A stretch of 64,000 bases of DNA from Zygnema circumcarinatum SAG 698-1b (lineage: Eukaryota > Plantae > Zygnematophyceae). The stretch spans positions 248,001 to 312,000 of the forward strand of contig CM074823.1 in NCBI GenBank assembly GCA_037447605.1, read 5' to 3'. The notes beneath the pieces were generated by a model. That model searched no databases. It was not told the DNA's origin and saw nothing but the letters and a program-made list of their open reading frames with translations. A program made the translations under genes and the position numbers. Positions 30,114 through 42,164 of this stretch are shown piece by piece; position 1 is the stretch's first letter; every line of letters begins with the position of its first letter.

Positions 30114-30564
30114 AAAAAATAAAATAATATGTTTATGGTTATAAATAAAAAAATAAAAAATAAATGTTAGCTTTTTAACAAGGTACCAACCGCAAGTAGA
30201 AGTGCTTTTACGTCAAAAAAAGTAAAAGTTAATTCGTATTTTTTCACTAATAAATAGCCAGGGTCTTTAAGACAGTCGGCCATGCAGGCGAAGGCGCTGG
30301 GATCGACCTGACCACGTGGCGATCTCCCATTGGTTAGACAGACCATAAGTCGTCCAATGGGGTTAAACCCAATTCAGAGGAACTATGGGCCAAATTACAT
30401 TATTAATAATGTAAAAATAATGAATGAATTATTATACAAGGAGTAGGACCCTGTACGGATGCTTACGTGGCAAGCCTCAATTGGCGGATGCCATCAAAAG
30501 TAGCGTCAATAAAAACCCAATCCTCTGCTGAGAGAGTTCAGCTCACAGTTAGTTTATTTTTTAA

Positions 30565-30660
30565 GTCCTTAGGTCTCTTCGGGTTGGTTCCTCGTGGTTT
30601 CCATGTCGATGTTTTCTATGTACATTTGATGGCATTGCCATGCGTGATATCAATGCAAAT
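30565..30660. mobile_element. Partial, diverged copy (left half) of the 26153 MITE family
   Basis: GTTCCTCGTGGTT.CCATG..GATG....ATGTACATTTGATGGCAT matches 26172-26225. Confidence 0.55.
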
Positions 30661-31559
30661 CATCGACGCCCTGAACCCTAAACCCGAAACCCTAAACCCT
30701 AAACCCTAAACCCGAAAACCCGAAAACCCTACTCCCCAAACCCTAAAACCCGAAAAACCTACCCCCTACACCCTAAACCCTACCCCCAAAACCTAAACCC
30801 TNNNNNNNNNNCCCCCCCCCCCCCCCCCTAATGTGAGTGCAAGTTGACTTAGTCATGGCTAATGACTAACCAATGGCCGAGCAAACTGGACACGTGGCAA
30901 CAAAATGACTAATCTAAAAAGATGCCTGGACGGGCATCAGAACGATTTTTCACGAGGTAAAATACCAGCACACGTGGCAATATTTCATTGGCTTGTCGTC
31001 CAAGACATCTCAGGCGCTATTTCTTTGAAAACCGAGATTTTAACGATATGAAGGCTCTGATTTGGTTTTTCGCTACAAACCACAAACCAGCACAAAAACC
31101 TTTGTAGGTTTTCAGGGTTCTTAGGGTTTTTAGGGTTTACTAGGTTTACAGTCTTTTAAAGACCCCCAACGGCCCCGTTTGCATGCAGCCATTCCGTTCC
31201 GTTCCGTTCTATTCTGTTCTGTTCAGTTCAACTGTTAGAGTGGATGAAAACCGTAGAGGAAGGGAGGAGGAGCCACAGCCAATCGGGATTCGCCACATGG
31301 ATGGAAACGCATCGCCATTCAGAAGTTGTAAAAAAACACACAAAATCGCATTTTCATGTTCTTTCCCCAAAAATAGCCCTCAAACATCCTCCTCCTCAAC
31401 CACTACCGCCGAAATTTCTGCTCCCCGATTTTTTTTTTTTTTTTCTTCCCCAATTTCTTCCCGTCACTTCTCCCCTTCTACGCTCCCAAAAATTCTTAAA
31501 ATCTGTTCCGTTCCGTTCCGTTCCACAACTTTCACAACTGCAACAGCGAACCGTGATCT

Positions 31560-34006
31560 CTAACTGCCGCTGCTCGCCGCTTGGTTCAACGGATTTAGAG
31601 GCGACTTTTTCCATGCCTTCCAAATCAGTTCTTTGTACTGATTCAAAGTCAACCCTGGTCGGTCAACTCTCAGATTTTTCAACTCCGCCTCCTCAAAAGC
31701 CTGTGGACCGAAACAAAGCAGAAGTGAAAGTCAGAGTCAAACAAGTCAACGAAGTCAAGAAAAAAGTCAAGATAAGTCATGAAGAGTCAAAGTCAGTCAA
31801 CCGCATACACTACACCCTGCACTCTAAACCCCCAAGACCCCTCCTAACCCCACTAAGCTTCACCTGTCTAACCTCTAAACACTAAACCCTAAACCCTAAA
31901 CCCTAGTTCTCTAACCAGTACACTCTGACCCCCCAACCCTAACCACCAAAACCCAAACCCCCTAAACTCCAAAATCCCTAGCCCCTCCGACGCCCTAGAC
32001 CTAGAACTCTAAACCCTACGCCCTAAACCTAACCCTAAACCCTGAACCCTAACCCTAGGTTCTAAACCCTAAACTCTAACCCTAAACCCTGAACCCTAAC
32101 CCTACGCCCTAAACCCTAAAACCCTGACCCTACTCCCTACCCCCTAGCCCCCTAAACCCTAAACCCTAACTCCCTAGCCCCCCTAAACCCTAACCCTAAC
32201 CCTAACCCTACCCCCTACCCCCTACCCCCTAGTCCCCCTAAACCCTAACTCCCTAGCCCCCCTAAACCCTAACCCTAACCCTAACCCTACCCCCTAAACC
32301 CTAACTCCCAACTCCAAACCCTAATCCCTAACTCCAAACCCTAATCCCTAACTCTAAACCCTACACCCTAACTCTAAACCCTAAACCCTAACTCTAAACC
32401 CTAAACCCTAACTCCCTAGCCCCCCTAAACCCTAACCCTAACCCTAACCCTAACTCTAAACCCTAAACCCTAACTAGTAAACCCTAAACCCTAACTCCAA
32501 ACCCTAAACCCTAAACCCTAAACCCTAAACCCTAACTCCCTAGCCCCACTAAACCCTAACCCTAAGCCATAACTCTCCGCCCTAAACCCGAAACGAAAAA
32601 CCCTAAACCCTTACTCCCTAGCCCCCTAAACCCTAAACTCTAACGCTACGCCCTAAACCCTAAACCCCAAACCCTAATTCCCACCTTGTACGCCGCCTTG
32701 GCCCGCTTCTCCGGATGCGCGTCCGCCTCCGCCTTCGCGCCCCCCCTGATCTGCATTTGCTGGATCGCCTCTCCAACGGAATGCGCGTCCACGAGCGCTT
32801 CTATGCGGTTCCGGTTTTCTATGTCTACCAGTTTTCCGTAATCGTCCTCCGCAACGGAACGGGAGCTGCGTTGTTTCTCTGCGGCAGCCGCCCGGGCGCG
32901 CTCCTCCGCCTCGCGCTCCCGCGTCTTCGCCAGCTCAGCAGCCGTCACCTGAAGGAGGGGGGAGAGTTGAGGGTTAGGGTTTAGGGTTTAAGGTTTAGGA
33001 TTTAGGATTTAAGGGGCTAGGGAGTTAGGGTTCAGGATTAAGGGTTTAGGGTTAAGGGTTTAGGGTTAAGGGTATAGGGTAAGGGTTTAAGGGAGTAGGC
33101 CCAGGTTTTACGGTTAGGGGTTTAGGAATAAGGTTTAGGGTTAGGTTTAAGGTTAAGGGTATAGGGTTAGGGTTTAGGGTTAAGGTTTAGGGTTAGAACA
33201 TAGGTTAGGTTTTAGATGCACAATTATGGGTTGAGAATTCAGGGTTTAGGGTTTACGCGTTACGACTTGGATTTAGAGTTTAGGGTGTCTGGTCTGTGGT
33301 CTAGGGTCTACGATGTAGGGTTTAAGGTTTAGGGTTACAAAAAAATACAAAACTACAAAGTCACAGAAAACACAGATCACAACCCCTTCTCCCCCTTCCC
33401 CCCCAACCCTCACCTTGGGAGATTTTAGGGTTAGGGTGTAAGGTTAAGGATACACGGTTAGAGTTTAAGGTTAGTGCGTAAGGGAATAGGCTTAGGGTTT
33501 CGGCTTAGGGTTTAGGGTTAGGGTTTAAGGTTAAGGGTACAGGGTTAGAGTTTAGGCTTAGGGTGTAAGGAAATAGGCTTAGGGTTTAGGCTTAAGGTTT
33601 ACGCTTAAAATCTAGGGTTAGGGTGCAAGGTTAAGAGTACACGATTAGACTTTAGAGATAGGGTTTAAGGCTATAGCCTTAGGGTTTACGCCCCCCCCAC
33701 CTTGGGAGCCGCCACCCCTCCCCCTCCCCCTCCCCCCGCCCCCTTCTTCGAAATCTTCGCCATCTCCCTCTCCTCCGCCTCCGCCAGCCTCTTTATCTCC
33801 GCCTTCTTCGCCGCCGCCTCCGCCTTCCTCGCCGCCTCCTCCTCCCTCTTTTTGGCCGCCCTGCCCTTCCCCGCGCCCTCGTCCGCCCACTCCGCGGCCT
33901 CCGCCTCCTCTCTCGCCCTCTCGGCCTTCGCCGCCGCCGCGCCCTCCTTGCGCCCGCGGGCCTCCTCCGCGCGGGGATTGGTGCTCAACGCCGGCTTCTT
34001 CGGCAT
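31560..34006 (-). CDS. CCDC124: CCDC124/Lso2 (DUF1014) ribosome-associated coiled-coil protein
   Basis: MPKK...NPRAEEARGRK, ENRNR, DAHPEKRAKAAYKAFEEAEL...PGLTLNQYKELIWKAWKKSPLNPLNQ. Exons 33701-34006, 32685-32948, 31560-31700. Probable 5'UTR intron 34011-35182. Confidence 0.93.
31880..32680. repeat. Degenerate telomere-like (CCCTAAA/CCCTAA) tract in CCDC124 intron 2
   Basis: C-rich on the + strand. Confidence 0.9.
32960..33690. repeat. Degenerate telomere-like (TTTAGGG) tract in CCDC124 intron 1
   Basis: G-rich on the + strand, opposite to intron 2. Confidence 0.85.
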
Positions 34007-34029
34007 GGCGCTGCGGGAGGAAGGGGGTA

Positions 34030-34990
34030 GAGGGGGTAGGGGGTAGGGTTTAGGGTTTTAGGGTTTAGGGGGTAAGGTTTAGGGGGTAGGGGGTAGGGGG
34101 TAGGGGGTAGGGTTTAGGGGTAGGGGGTAAGGGGGTAGGGTTAAGGGTTTAGGGTTTAGGGTTTTAGGGTTTAGGGGGTAAGGTTAAGGGGGTAGGGGGT
34201 AGGGGGTAGGGGGTAGGGTTTAGGGTTTAGGGGGTAGGGATTAGGGGTAGGGGGTAGGGGGTAGGGTTTAGGGTTTAGGGTTTAGGGTTTAGGGGGTAGG
34301 GTTTAGGGTTTTAGGGTTTAGGGGGTAGGGTTAAGGGAGTAGGGGGTAAGGTTTAGGGTGAAGGGTTTAGGGTTTACGGTTTAGGGTTTAGGGTTTAGAG
34401 GGTAGGGGGTAGGGTTCAGGGTTTAGGGTTTCAAATTTAGGGTTTTAGGGTATAGGGTGTAGGGCTGAAGGGGTGGGGTTTTAGGGTTTGGGGTTCAGGC
34501 TTCAGGGTTTAGGATTTCAAATTTAGCGTTTTAGGGTTTAAGGGTATAGGGTGTAGGGCTTAAGGGTGGGGTTTTAGGGTTTGGGGTTTCGGTTTCAGAA
34601 GTTTCAGGGGTTAAGCGTTTAGGGTTTAGGGGTAGAACTTGGGGTTTAGGGTTTTAGGGTTTAGGCGTTTGGGGTTAAGGTTTAGGGGTAGGGTTTAGGG
34701 GGATTAGGGGTAGGGTCAATGGTTTGGAGTCAGGGGTTTAGGGTTTTAGGGTTTTAGGGGGGTGTGAGTTTAGGGGTTAGACAGAAGGATTCTGGAGGGG
34801 TTTGGTGTGAAGGGGATAGGGAGGGAGGGAGTGAGTGTGAGGTGGGGGTATTAAGATTTTGGGTTTTTTGGAGGGTTCAGAGGGTTTGGAAGTTTGGGAG
34901 GAGGTTAAGGATGCCAAGGTTTAGGGTTTAAAGGGTGTCGGGGGGGTTTGGGGAAGTTGTAGGTTTTAGGGTTTAAGGAATATTGGGAGG
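34030..34990. repeat. Degenerate TTTAGGG/GGGGTAG tract in the CCDC124 5'UTR intron
   Basis: About 1 kb of G-rich heptamer variants. Confidence 0.88.
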
Positions 34991-36101
34991 TTTAAGGATT
35001 TGTGGAAAACTGGATTATAGGGTTTGGAGTTTTGCGCAATTCTAAAACCCCAATATGTGAGATGGTCGAAATTGAACCAGGAGAATTCAACGGAAAAGAC
35101 TTCAAAACAAAAAAAAAAAAAAACGCCGGAAAGGAGTAGAATCCGGAAAGATTTGAGCAGAAAAAACCCCAAAAAACCTGACCTCAAAAAAAGAGGGGGT
35201 GAATATTACAGCTCAGACGGACGCCTGAAATCAAACTCTTCAAGATTGGATGGCCGAGATTAAACCCCAGAAGGTGAATTCGGAAATTAAGTTCAAAACA
35301 AGGAAAGAATTTAACCCCAAAAAAAATAAAAATCGAAAGGGTTCAGAAACTGCAAGAAAGCAAATTCTCCGCAAAAAAACCCAACTGCCAATGAAAAGCC
35401 CAAACCCTAAACCCCTGAATAGCTGAACCCTAATTTTGGACGGACGCGATCAAATCGTGGCGACCAAGAAAGAGAATTTCCCAACCAATCAGAAGTAGCC
35501 ACCGACCTAAGTGCGGTCGTACGAAACAGTACTTTTTCGTACCGGAAATATACAGTAGGCCTACCAGTTTGACGTTTACGATGACGTTGGTATCGCGTAT
35601 CGTATGGAGTGTATCTAAAATATTGAAAATATTTTATATCTGAATATATCGTATCGTTGACTGTAATGCATGAATCGTCGATATTGGTTGTTTCTGTTTA
35701 TCGATATATCCTATCGTATTCAACGCATAGTAATATATCGTATCCCGATATCGTATAGTACATATCGATAATATCAAGCAGGAACTGCCGTACCGTACGG
35801 AATCCAATTTTACCGGTTGTAAGTGTACCTTTTCTTAATACGTTACTAATTTGCGTTGCGTACGGTAACAACTTAACAAAGCGAAAGAAGCAGAGTACCT
35901 ATCTCAAATTCAACCTCCAATTTTTTTCGCGCGTGCCGACGGAGCCAGAGATTGGCCGTTCGAGATCTGTAGGGTTTAGGGTTTAGGGTTTGAGATTTTT
36001 TCTGAACTCGAGGTCAAGATTTCTCCGGGGTTTAGGGTTTGAGGGTTTAGGGTTTAGGGTTAGGCTTTTAGGTTTTGCGTTTTCAGAAAGCAGCAGCAGA
36101 A

Positions 36102-38406
36102 ATGGGGTTTTTTGGACTCATAAAAGACAAGAAAGAGGAGGAGAAGAAGAAAAGAGAGGCTGCGGGAGAGAGAAGGGGAGAGGGCCCGGGAGAGGGAGAG
36201 AGTGTGCTAAAGAATGGAGAGGGAGAGGGAGCGGGAGAGGGAGGGAGAGAGGTGGGAGAGGTATCGGAGATAGTTGCGTTTGAGGTGAAGGATGACGGCA
36301 GCGTGACGGTGGCGGACTCAAAGGGGGCGGTGGTGCAGGTGGAAGGTGAGGGAGGGAGTCAGGGTTTAGGGTTTAGGGTTTAGGGTGAGGGTTTAGGGTT
36401 TAGGGTTTAGGGTTCGGGGTTAAGGGTTTTGGGTTTCGGGTTTTGGGTTTAGGGTTTCGGGTTTAGGGTTTAGGGTTTCTGGTTTAGGGTTAAGGTTTGG
36501 AGTTTAGGGGTGTTAGGCTGTTGGGTTTTAGGGTTTAGGGTTTATGGTATAGTGAGGGAGGGAGCGGGAGCAGTAGAATTTTCTCCCTTCCTCTCCTTTC
36601 TCCCTCCCTCTCTTTCCACTCTCCCACTTCTCTTTCTCTTCTCCCTCTCCTCTCCCTTATCTCTCCTCCTTATCACTTTCCACTTATTGTAATTTCCGTC
36701 TCTCCTCTGCAGAGCTTCCAGATGGAGCGGAGAAACTGAAAGAGAGCCCCCATATGAAGGACGTCGGAAAACTGAACAGTTTAACGGAAAAGGCTGTTAC
36801 GTCCGCCGGAAAACTGTACCGGTCCGTTGAGATCGTCCACAAGGGGGCCATTCCGTTGGACCTTGTCGTCTCCACTCTCGCCACCGCGATAGAAGATTTC
36901 AACGACCTCAAACAAGAGCTTGTGAGGGTTCAATTTTGATTTTGAATTTGATTTTGATTTTGGGTTTTGGGTTTTTATTATTGAGACCGGAAAAGAGTCG
37001 ACTATTTTTTAATATAAATTTCTTTTTTGTCAGTTGGGTTTTCTTAAAGAAGGCTTTTTTATATGTGGAGGAGTTTGCAGCATTCGTTTCAACGAGACGG
37101 AGTGATAGTGATGGATGACATCATGGATCGGTTTGCTGACATCATGGAGCACTGCCACGTCATCACCAAAATGGTGGAGGATCATCGCGATGCGGGTAAG
37201 GGAGGGGGGAGGAGAGAGGAGGTAGGGAGAGAAAGAGAGGAGGGAGAGAGAGAGGGAGAGAGAGGGAGGAGGGAGGGAGAGAGAGGGAAAGAGAAGGGAG
37301 AGAGAGGGAGAGGGAGGGAGGGAGAGAGAGGGAGAGGGCGAGGGGGAGAGAGGGAGAGAGGAGGAAGAGAGAGCGAGAGACGAGAGGGAGGAGGGGGCGA
37401 GATAGAGGGAGAGGTGGGGCGATAGAGGGAGAGAGAAAGGGAGGGAGGAAGAGCGGGAGAGGGGGGCCCAGGCAGGGAGAAGAGGAGAAAGGAGAGGAGA
37501 GTGACAGGGGAGAGTAATGTATTTGCCCTTAAGGTTTCGTTTTCCCTTTTACCGCAGGTGAAATTTTGGCTCAACTTGATGACGTCATCGTGGAAGTTCA
37601 ATCGTTTTTGGAGCTCGTCGGGCAGCGATGCAAAGACCTCCAAAAGCTTCGAGTAATATTTTTACCGTTTTACTTGTTTTGAAGGAATGAGAGTTAATCG
37701 GACGTAACACTTTTGACTTAAATCAATCTCTCCCTCTCTCTCTCTCTCTCTCACCCACTCTCTCCCTCTCCCTCCCTCCCTCCCTNNNNNNNNNNCCCTC
37801 CTCCCTCCCTCCTCCCACCGCCCTCCACACTCCGCCCCCCCTTCCCCCTCTCCTCCTTCTCTCCACCCCTCCTCCCTCCTCCCTCCCCTTCCTCCCCCTT
37901 CCTCTCCCTCTTCCTCTCCCATCTCCCATCTCCCCTCTCCTCCCTCCTCCCTCATCCCACCTCCCTCCTCCCTCCCCTTTCCGCCTCCTCCCCCTTCCTC
38001 TCCCTCTCCCTCTCCCCTCTCCCCCCTCCTCTCCCTCCTCCTGCCTAACCCCCCCTTCCCCCTCTCCCTCCTCCCTCCTCCCTCCTTACTCCCCCCCTCC
38101 CTCCTCCCTCCTCCCTCCTCCCTTTCCCTCCCCCCCCCCTTTCCCCTCCCTCTCCTTTCCCTCCCTCAACCACCTCCCCAAACCCTAATTCCGTGTCTCC
38201 ATGTGCTTGTTCCAACAGCCGTTGCGACGGCATCACACGTGGCGTTCTCTCCGTCGCTGGGCGCGCAGATCAAGGACATGGACTGCCACGTGGCGGCGCT
38301 AAACGACATGCGCCTCCAGGCGGGCCTCGTGGGGCGCAAGGCCGAGCACAAGAAGAAAATGGCCGAACTCGTGGGCGTGAAACCGACCAAAAAGTTTTGG
38401 TGGTGA
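36102..38406 (+). CDS. Hypothetical protein, predicted mostly alpha-helical, no family recognised
   Basis: Stop-free exons bounded by GT-AG: 36102-36345, 36713-36921, 37081-37195, 37558-37652, 38219-38406 (ends KPTKKFWW*). The first four join in frame. The last junction has a phase mismatch across the gap at 37786-37795, so an exon may be missing. Confidence 0.62.
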
Positions 38407-39165
38407 AATTAAAAAAAAAAAAAAAAAGAGAAGGAAAGGAGAATTCAGGGAAGGGGGGAAGGAGGAGGGAAGGGGGAAGGAAAAAGGAGAAATTTTGAAA
38501 AAAAAAGAACAAAAAAATTGAGAAAGTTGAGGGACTGACCGCTCAGATAGATGTACATATATGTATATGCTTTTTTTTTTTCCTTTTTTTTCTTTGGGGG
38601 GAAGGGGGGGGGGGGGTGGTTGTCTTTTTGACAAAAGGGTTTGGATGTAATTTCAAATTTGGGCCTCGCGAGGTGGGGATTAGCTATGTGAGGGGACAAT
38701 GCTTTTCTTTTGGTTTTGGGTGGAGCGGGCGAGGGCTAAATCTGTAATTTAAAGACCAGTGATCAGTGCAATGGAAATTTGTCTGAAATCTGACCGATTG
38801 GGTGAAACTGTTCAAACTTTTTATTAGAGTTCGCGTGTCTTCAAGTGCGAGGTCACGAGTTCAATTCCTACCATTTTCATTAGTACTCTTTATTTCATTT
38901 CATTGATGGCTGTAATTACACTTGCCAGTCTGAAATGCTTTTCTTGACAGGCTTTATCAAGTCTAACTTTATCAAGGGTCGCAATGGTCCGAGTTGTCAA
39001 ATGTGACTTTATCAGAAGACGTGCTATAGTTCATCCGTCAGGATATGACGTGGCATGACGTCACAGTACCAAACATGATTGATCGAAAGGATCATGAGAG
39101 AAACTGTAAAGAAAGGTGTGCATCTAGCCGAAAAGGTGTGTAAATAGACCCTATGGTTTTTTAAC

Positions 39166-40059
39166 GGGTAGTGATATTTCCACCCCTTTTTTGGATCCAA
39201 ACACCCCTTCCCGGCCGGGCAGATTTCAAAAAGGATTAAAAACGGAAAATGCTTTTTTCACACCTTTTTGGAATCGATACCCACCCTCCATCGGCTGATT
39301 TTATTTTTGCGAAACAAGGAAATAACCCGTCACCCCATTTTGAATATCCCGCCTACCTGAATTTTTTTTCACGCGTGCGGCCAATCGCAGCCGTCGATTC
39401 CCTCGCAGATCGCAACATGGCAGATCACTATTTGCTCTGCAGGAGGGCTCGGTCACAGCGAATGGCAGGTGCCCACGTATCCCGCCAAAGTCGTCTCAAA
39501 AAGTTGTCCGTACAAGTGTCGTACGGTCGCATCTTTGAGGAACCCAATATTTCGTACATTGAGAGCTTGGACCAATCAAAGTTTTTCACGTCAAAAATTT
39601 AACACGTGGCAGCGCACTCGCGCGTGCGATCCGGCTTTGGCGGGACTCGTGGGCGGTTTCCATTCGATAAGATCGAGCCCGGCAGCAGATCGAACGGTGA
39701 CCTGCAGTGGTGCGATCTGCGAGGGAAATCGACAGATGCGATTGACACGCACGTGTGAAGGACGGACACCCGCGAACGATCTCGTGGCGGACGGATCTTC
39801 CGCTCCGAGCGGATTCGGGCAGGCAGATATTTCTTTCCCTCAAAAAAAAAATTCAGGGAGGCGGGATACAGTATTCAAAATGCGGTGACGGGGTATCATT
39901 TTCCTTGGTTAGCAAAGATAAAATCAGCCGACGGAAGAAGGTGGGTATCGATTCCAAAAAGGTGTGAAAATAGCATTTTCCGTTTTTAATCCCTTTTGAA
40001 ATCTGCCCGGCCGGGAAGGGGTGTTTGGATCCAAAAAAGGGGTGGAAATATCACTACCC
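39166..40059. mobile_element. Non-autonomous foldback/MULE-like element with ~200-bp TIRs
   Basis: GGGTAGTGATATTTCCACCCC...(39166-39370) is the reverse complement of 39840-40059. Flanks TTTTTAAC / TTTTTAAA give a 7-of-8 TSD. The interior is also partly self-complementary. No ORF. Confidence 0.8.
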
Positions 40060-40680
40060 TTTTTAAATTGAGGAAACAATATACGAAATAAGTTTCTAGA
40101 CTCCGAAATTTCCAGTAACGGATCAAACCTCGTCTCTTACTCCTGGAAGTCCGCAGGTGTGGTCTCCAGCTGGACCAATCACAATTCATATGTGCTCGTG
40201 CAAGACCGCCAAGATTCCCACAAACGGTCAAATTTCTTCTGTCCTTTTGAACACTCCAGTTTGACCGATTTGTCGGTTATCAGCGGTAGTTTTTGGCACT
40301 GCACGGACGCACATGTGGCGCGACGGATTCGACAGGTGCAACAAACATAACCGCCATTTTGTCGCTTCTGCGAGCCCCGTTGACCCGGACATTCCGTGAC
40401 TTTGACCGCAACCTAAACGACAGCTAAATCGACAGTCTCGAATCTTCCATGTTAAATAAAAATTTAATTCCGGATTTTCCCTCAAAATCCGTTCAATTGA
40501 CTTTCCGAAACGACCCATTCGGCGACCCGTTGGTCCCGAAGGTCCGGCCCACTTGGATGACGTCACATCCGTAATATAACGTCACAGAAAGTACGCATGC
40601 GTCATCATAGTACAGGTTTTGTCGCTTCGGTTCGTAAAGGTCCAAGCATTCGTACATGAAATCCGTACAAGCTTCTGGAA

Positions 40681-41705
40681 GGAAAATTCTATTCTCACAC
40701 CTTTTTTGTCTACACACAGACCTCTTTTCGCCGGGCAGATTTTAAAATAGACAAAAAAGGAACACACCTTTCACACCTTTTTTTCTCTCACCTTTTTTTT
40801 CACATCTTTTTGGAATCGATACACGCTACTACTGAGCGGCCGAGCGCCGTGAGCACCATTTCTGTCGGGCAGATTTTACTCCGTATCATTTATTTTCAGA
40901 GAGAAAAATATCTGCCTGCCCGAATCCGCGCGGAGGGAAAGATCCGTCCGCCACGAGATCGTTCGCGGATGGCCGTCATTTACACGTGCAATAATTTCCG
41001 CCGTCGATATTCACTCAGATCGCACCTTGGCAGATCACCGTTCGATCAGCAGCCAGGCTCTGTCCCACGTGTCCCACCCAAGCCGGCTCAAAGGACCGTA
41101 CAAAAGGCGTACGTCCGCAGCTTCGAGGAAAGTCAAAAAACGTAATAAAAAGTTCAGTGCCTGTACCAATCACAGTTTGCCACGTCCAAAAATAACACGC
41201 GGCAGATGGTGATTGGTACAAGCTCTCAATGTAAGGAATTTAGACTTTCCTCGAAGCTGCGACCGTACGAATAGTGTACGGACCTCAAGCCGGCTTGGGT
41301 GGGACACGTGGGCGTGTGCCATTCGCTGGGACCGAGCCCGGCTGCCGATCGAACGGCGATCTGCCGTGGTGTGATCTGCGCTAGAATCGACGGTGTATGG
41401 TTTCTGCACGTGTGAAGGACGGCCACCCGCGAACGATCTCGTGGCGGACGGAACTTCTGCTCCGAGAGGATTCGGGCAGGCCGATATTTTTTTCTCTGAA
41501 AAAAACAAGAAGGGGTAAAATCTGCCCGATGGAGAAAGGTGTGTCGATTTCAAAAAGGTGTGAAAAAAAAGGTGAAAAAAAAAAGGTGAAAAAAAAAAAG
41601 GTGAGAAGGTGTGAAAGGTGTGTTCTTTTTTTGCGCTATTCTAAAATCTGCCCGGCGAAAAGAGGCCTGTGTGTAGACAAAAAAGGTGTGAGAATAGAAT
41701 TTTCC
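40681..41705. mobile_element. Non-autonomous foldback element, an almost fully palindromic ~1 kb, related to 39166-40059
   Basis: Ends GGAAAATTCTATTCTCACACC...GGTGTGAGAATAGAATTTTCC; perfect 8-bp TSD TTCTGGAA (40673-40680, 41706-41713); arms pair to about 41150/41225; shares GTGTGAAGGACGG..CCCGCGAACGATCTCGTGGCGGACGG with element 1. Confidence 0.88.
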
Positions 41706-42164
41706 TTCTGGAATTTGACATCAATTCGTACGCTTTTGTCATAATAGTTTTCGTTTTTCGGCGATAATTCAAGCGACTCACAAATAATATAAGAAATGCA
41801 TTGGACCAATTACAACATTACGCTACGTGTACATTATGTCGACGTGGCGCGTTGTATTGGTTGTAAAGTCAGTTCCGACGCCTCTAACCGATACCAAAAA
41901 ACGACAAATTTCTTCAGTGAAAGTACGACCTGTTCATACTCCCATCTCCGTATGAAAATATTCTGTCCGCATTAGATTTTGTCCGTACAGTTACAAACCG
42001 ACATGCGAGACGAATCCGCTACCGTGTTTGACCTCTGAATTTCACCCGTACTTATTGTACGGTCTATGTCGGCAGACCCGACAGTCGCTTCGGGGTCCCA
42101 GTGAGCAAACGGCCGCCAGCTACTCCGCTCAGCGACAAAAAACGTTCAGATTCTGCGGCGGCCC

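Noticed and set aside
33405-33425. Second CCCAAG|GTGAGG donor mimicking the end of CCDC124 exon 1
   Set aside because: Only about 11 bp of identity, with no upstream acceptor or open exon; probably chance.
38847-38872. Single B-box-like GAGGTCACGAGTTCAATTCC, possible SINE
   Set aside because: No properly placed upstream A-box and no second copy. An A-box-like string occurs only downstream (about 38988).
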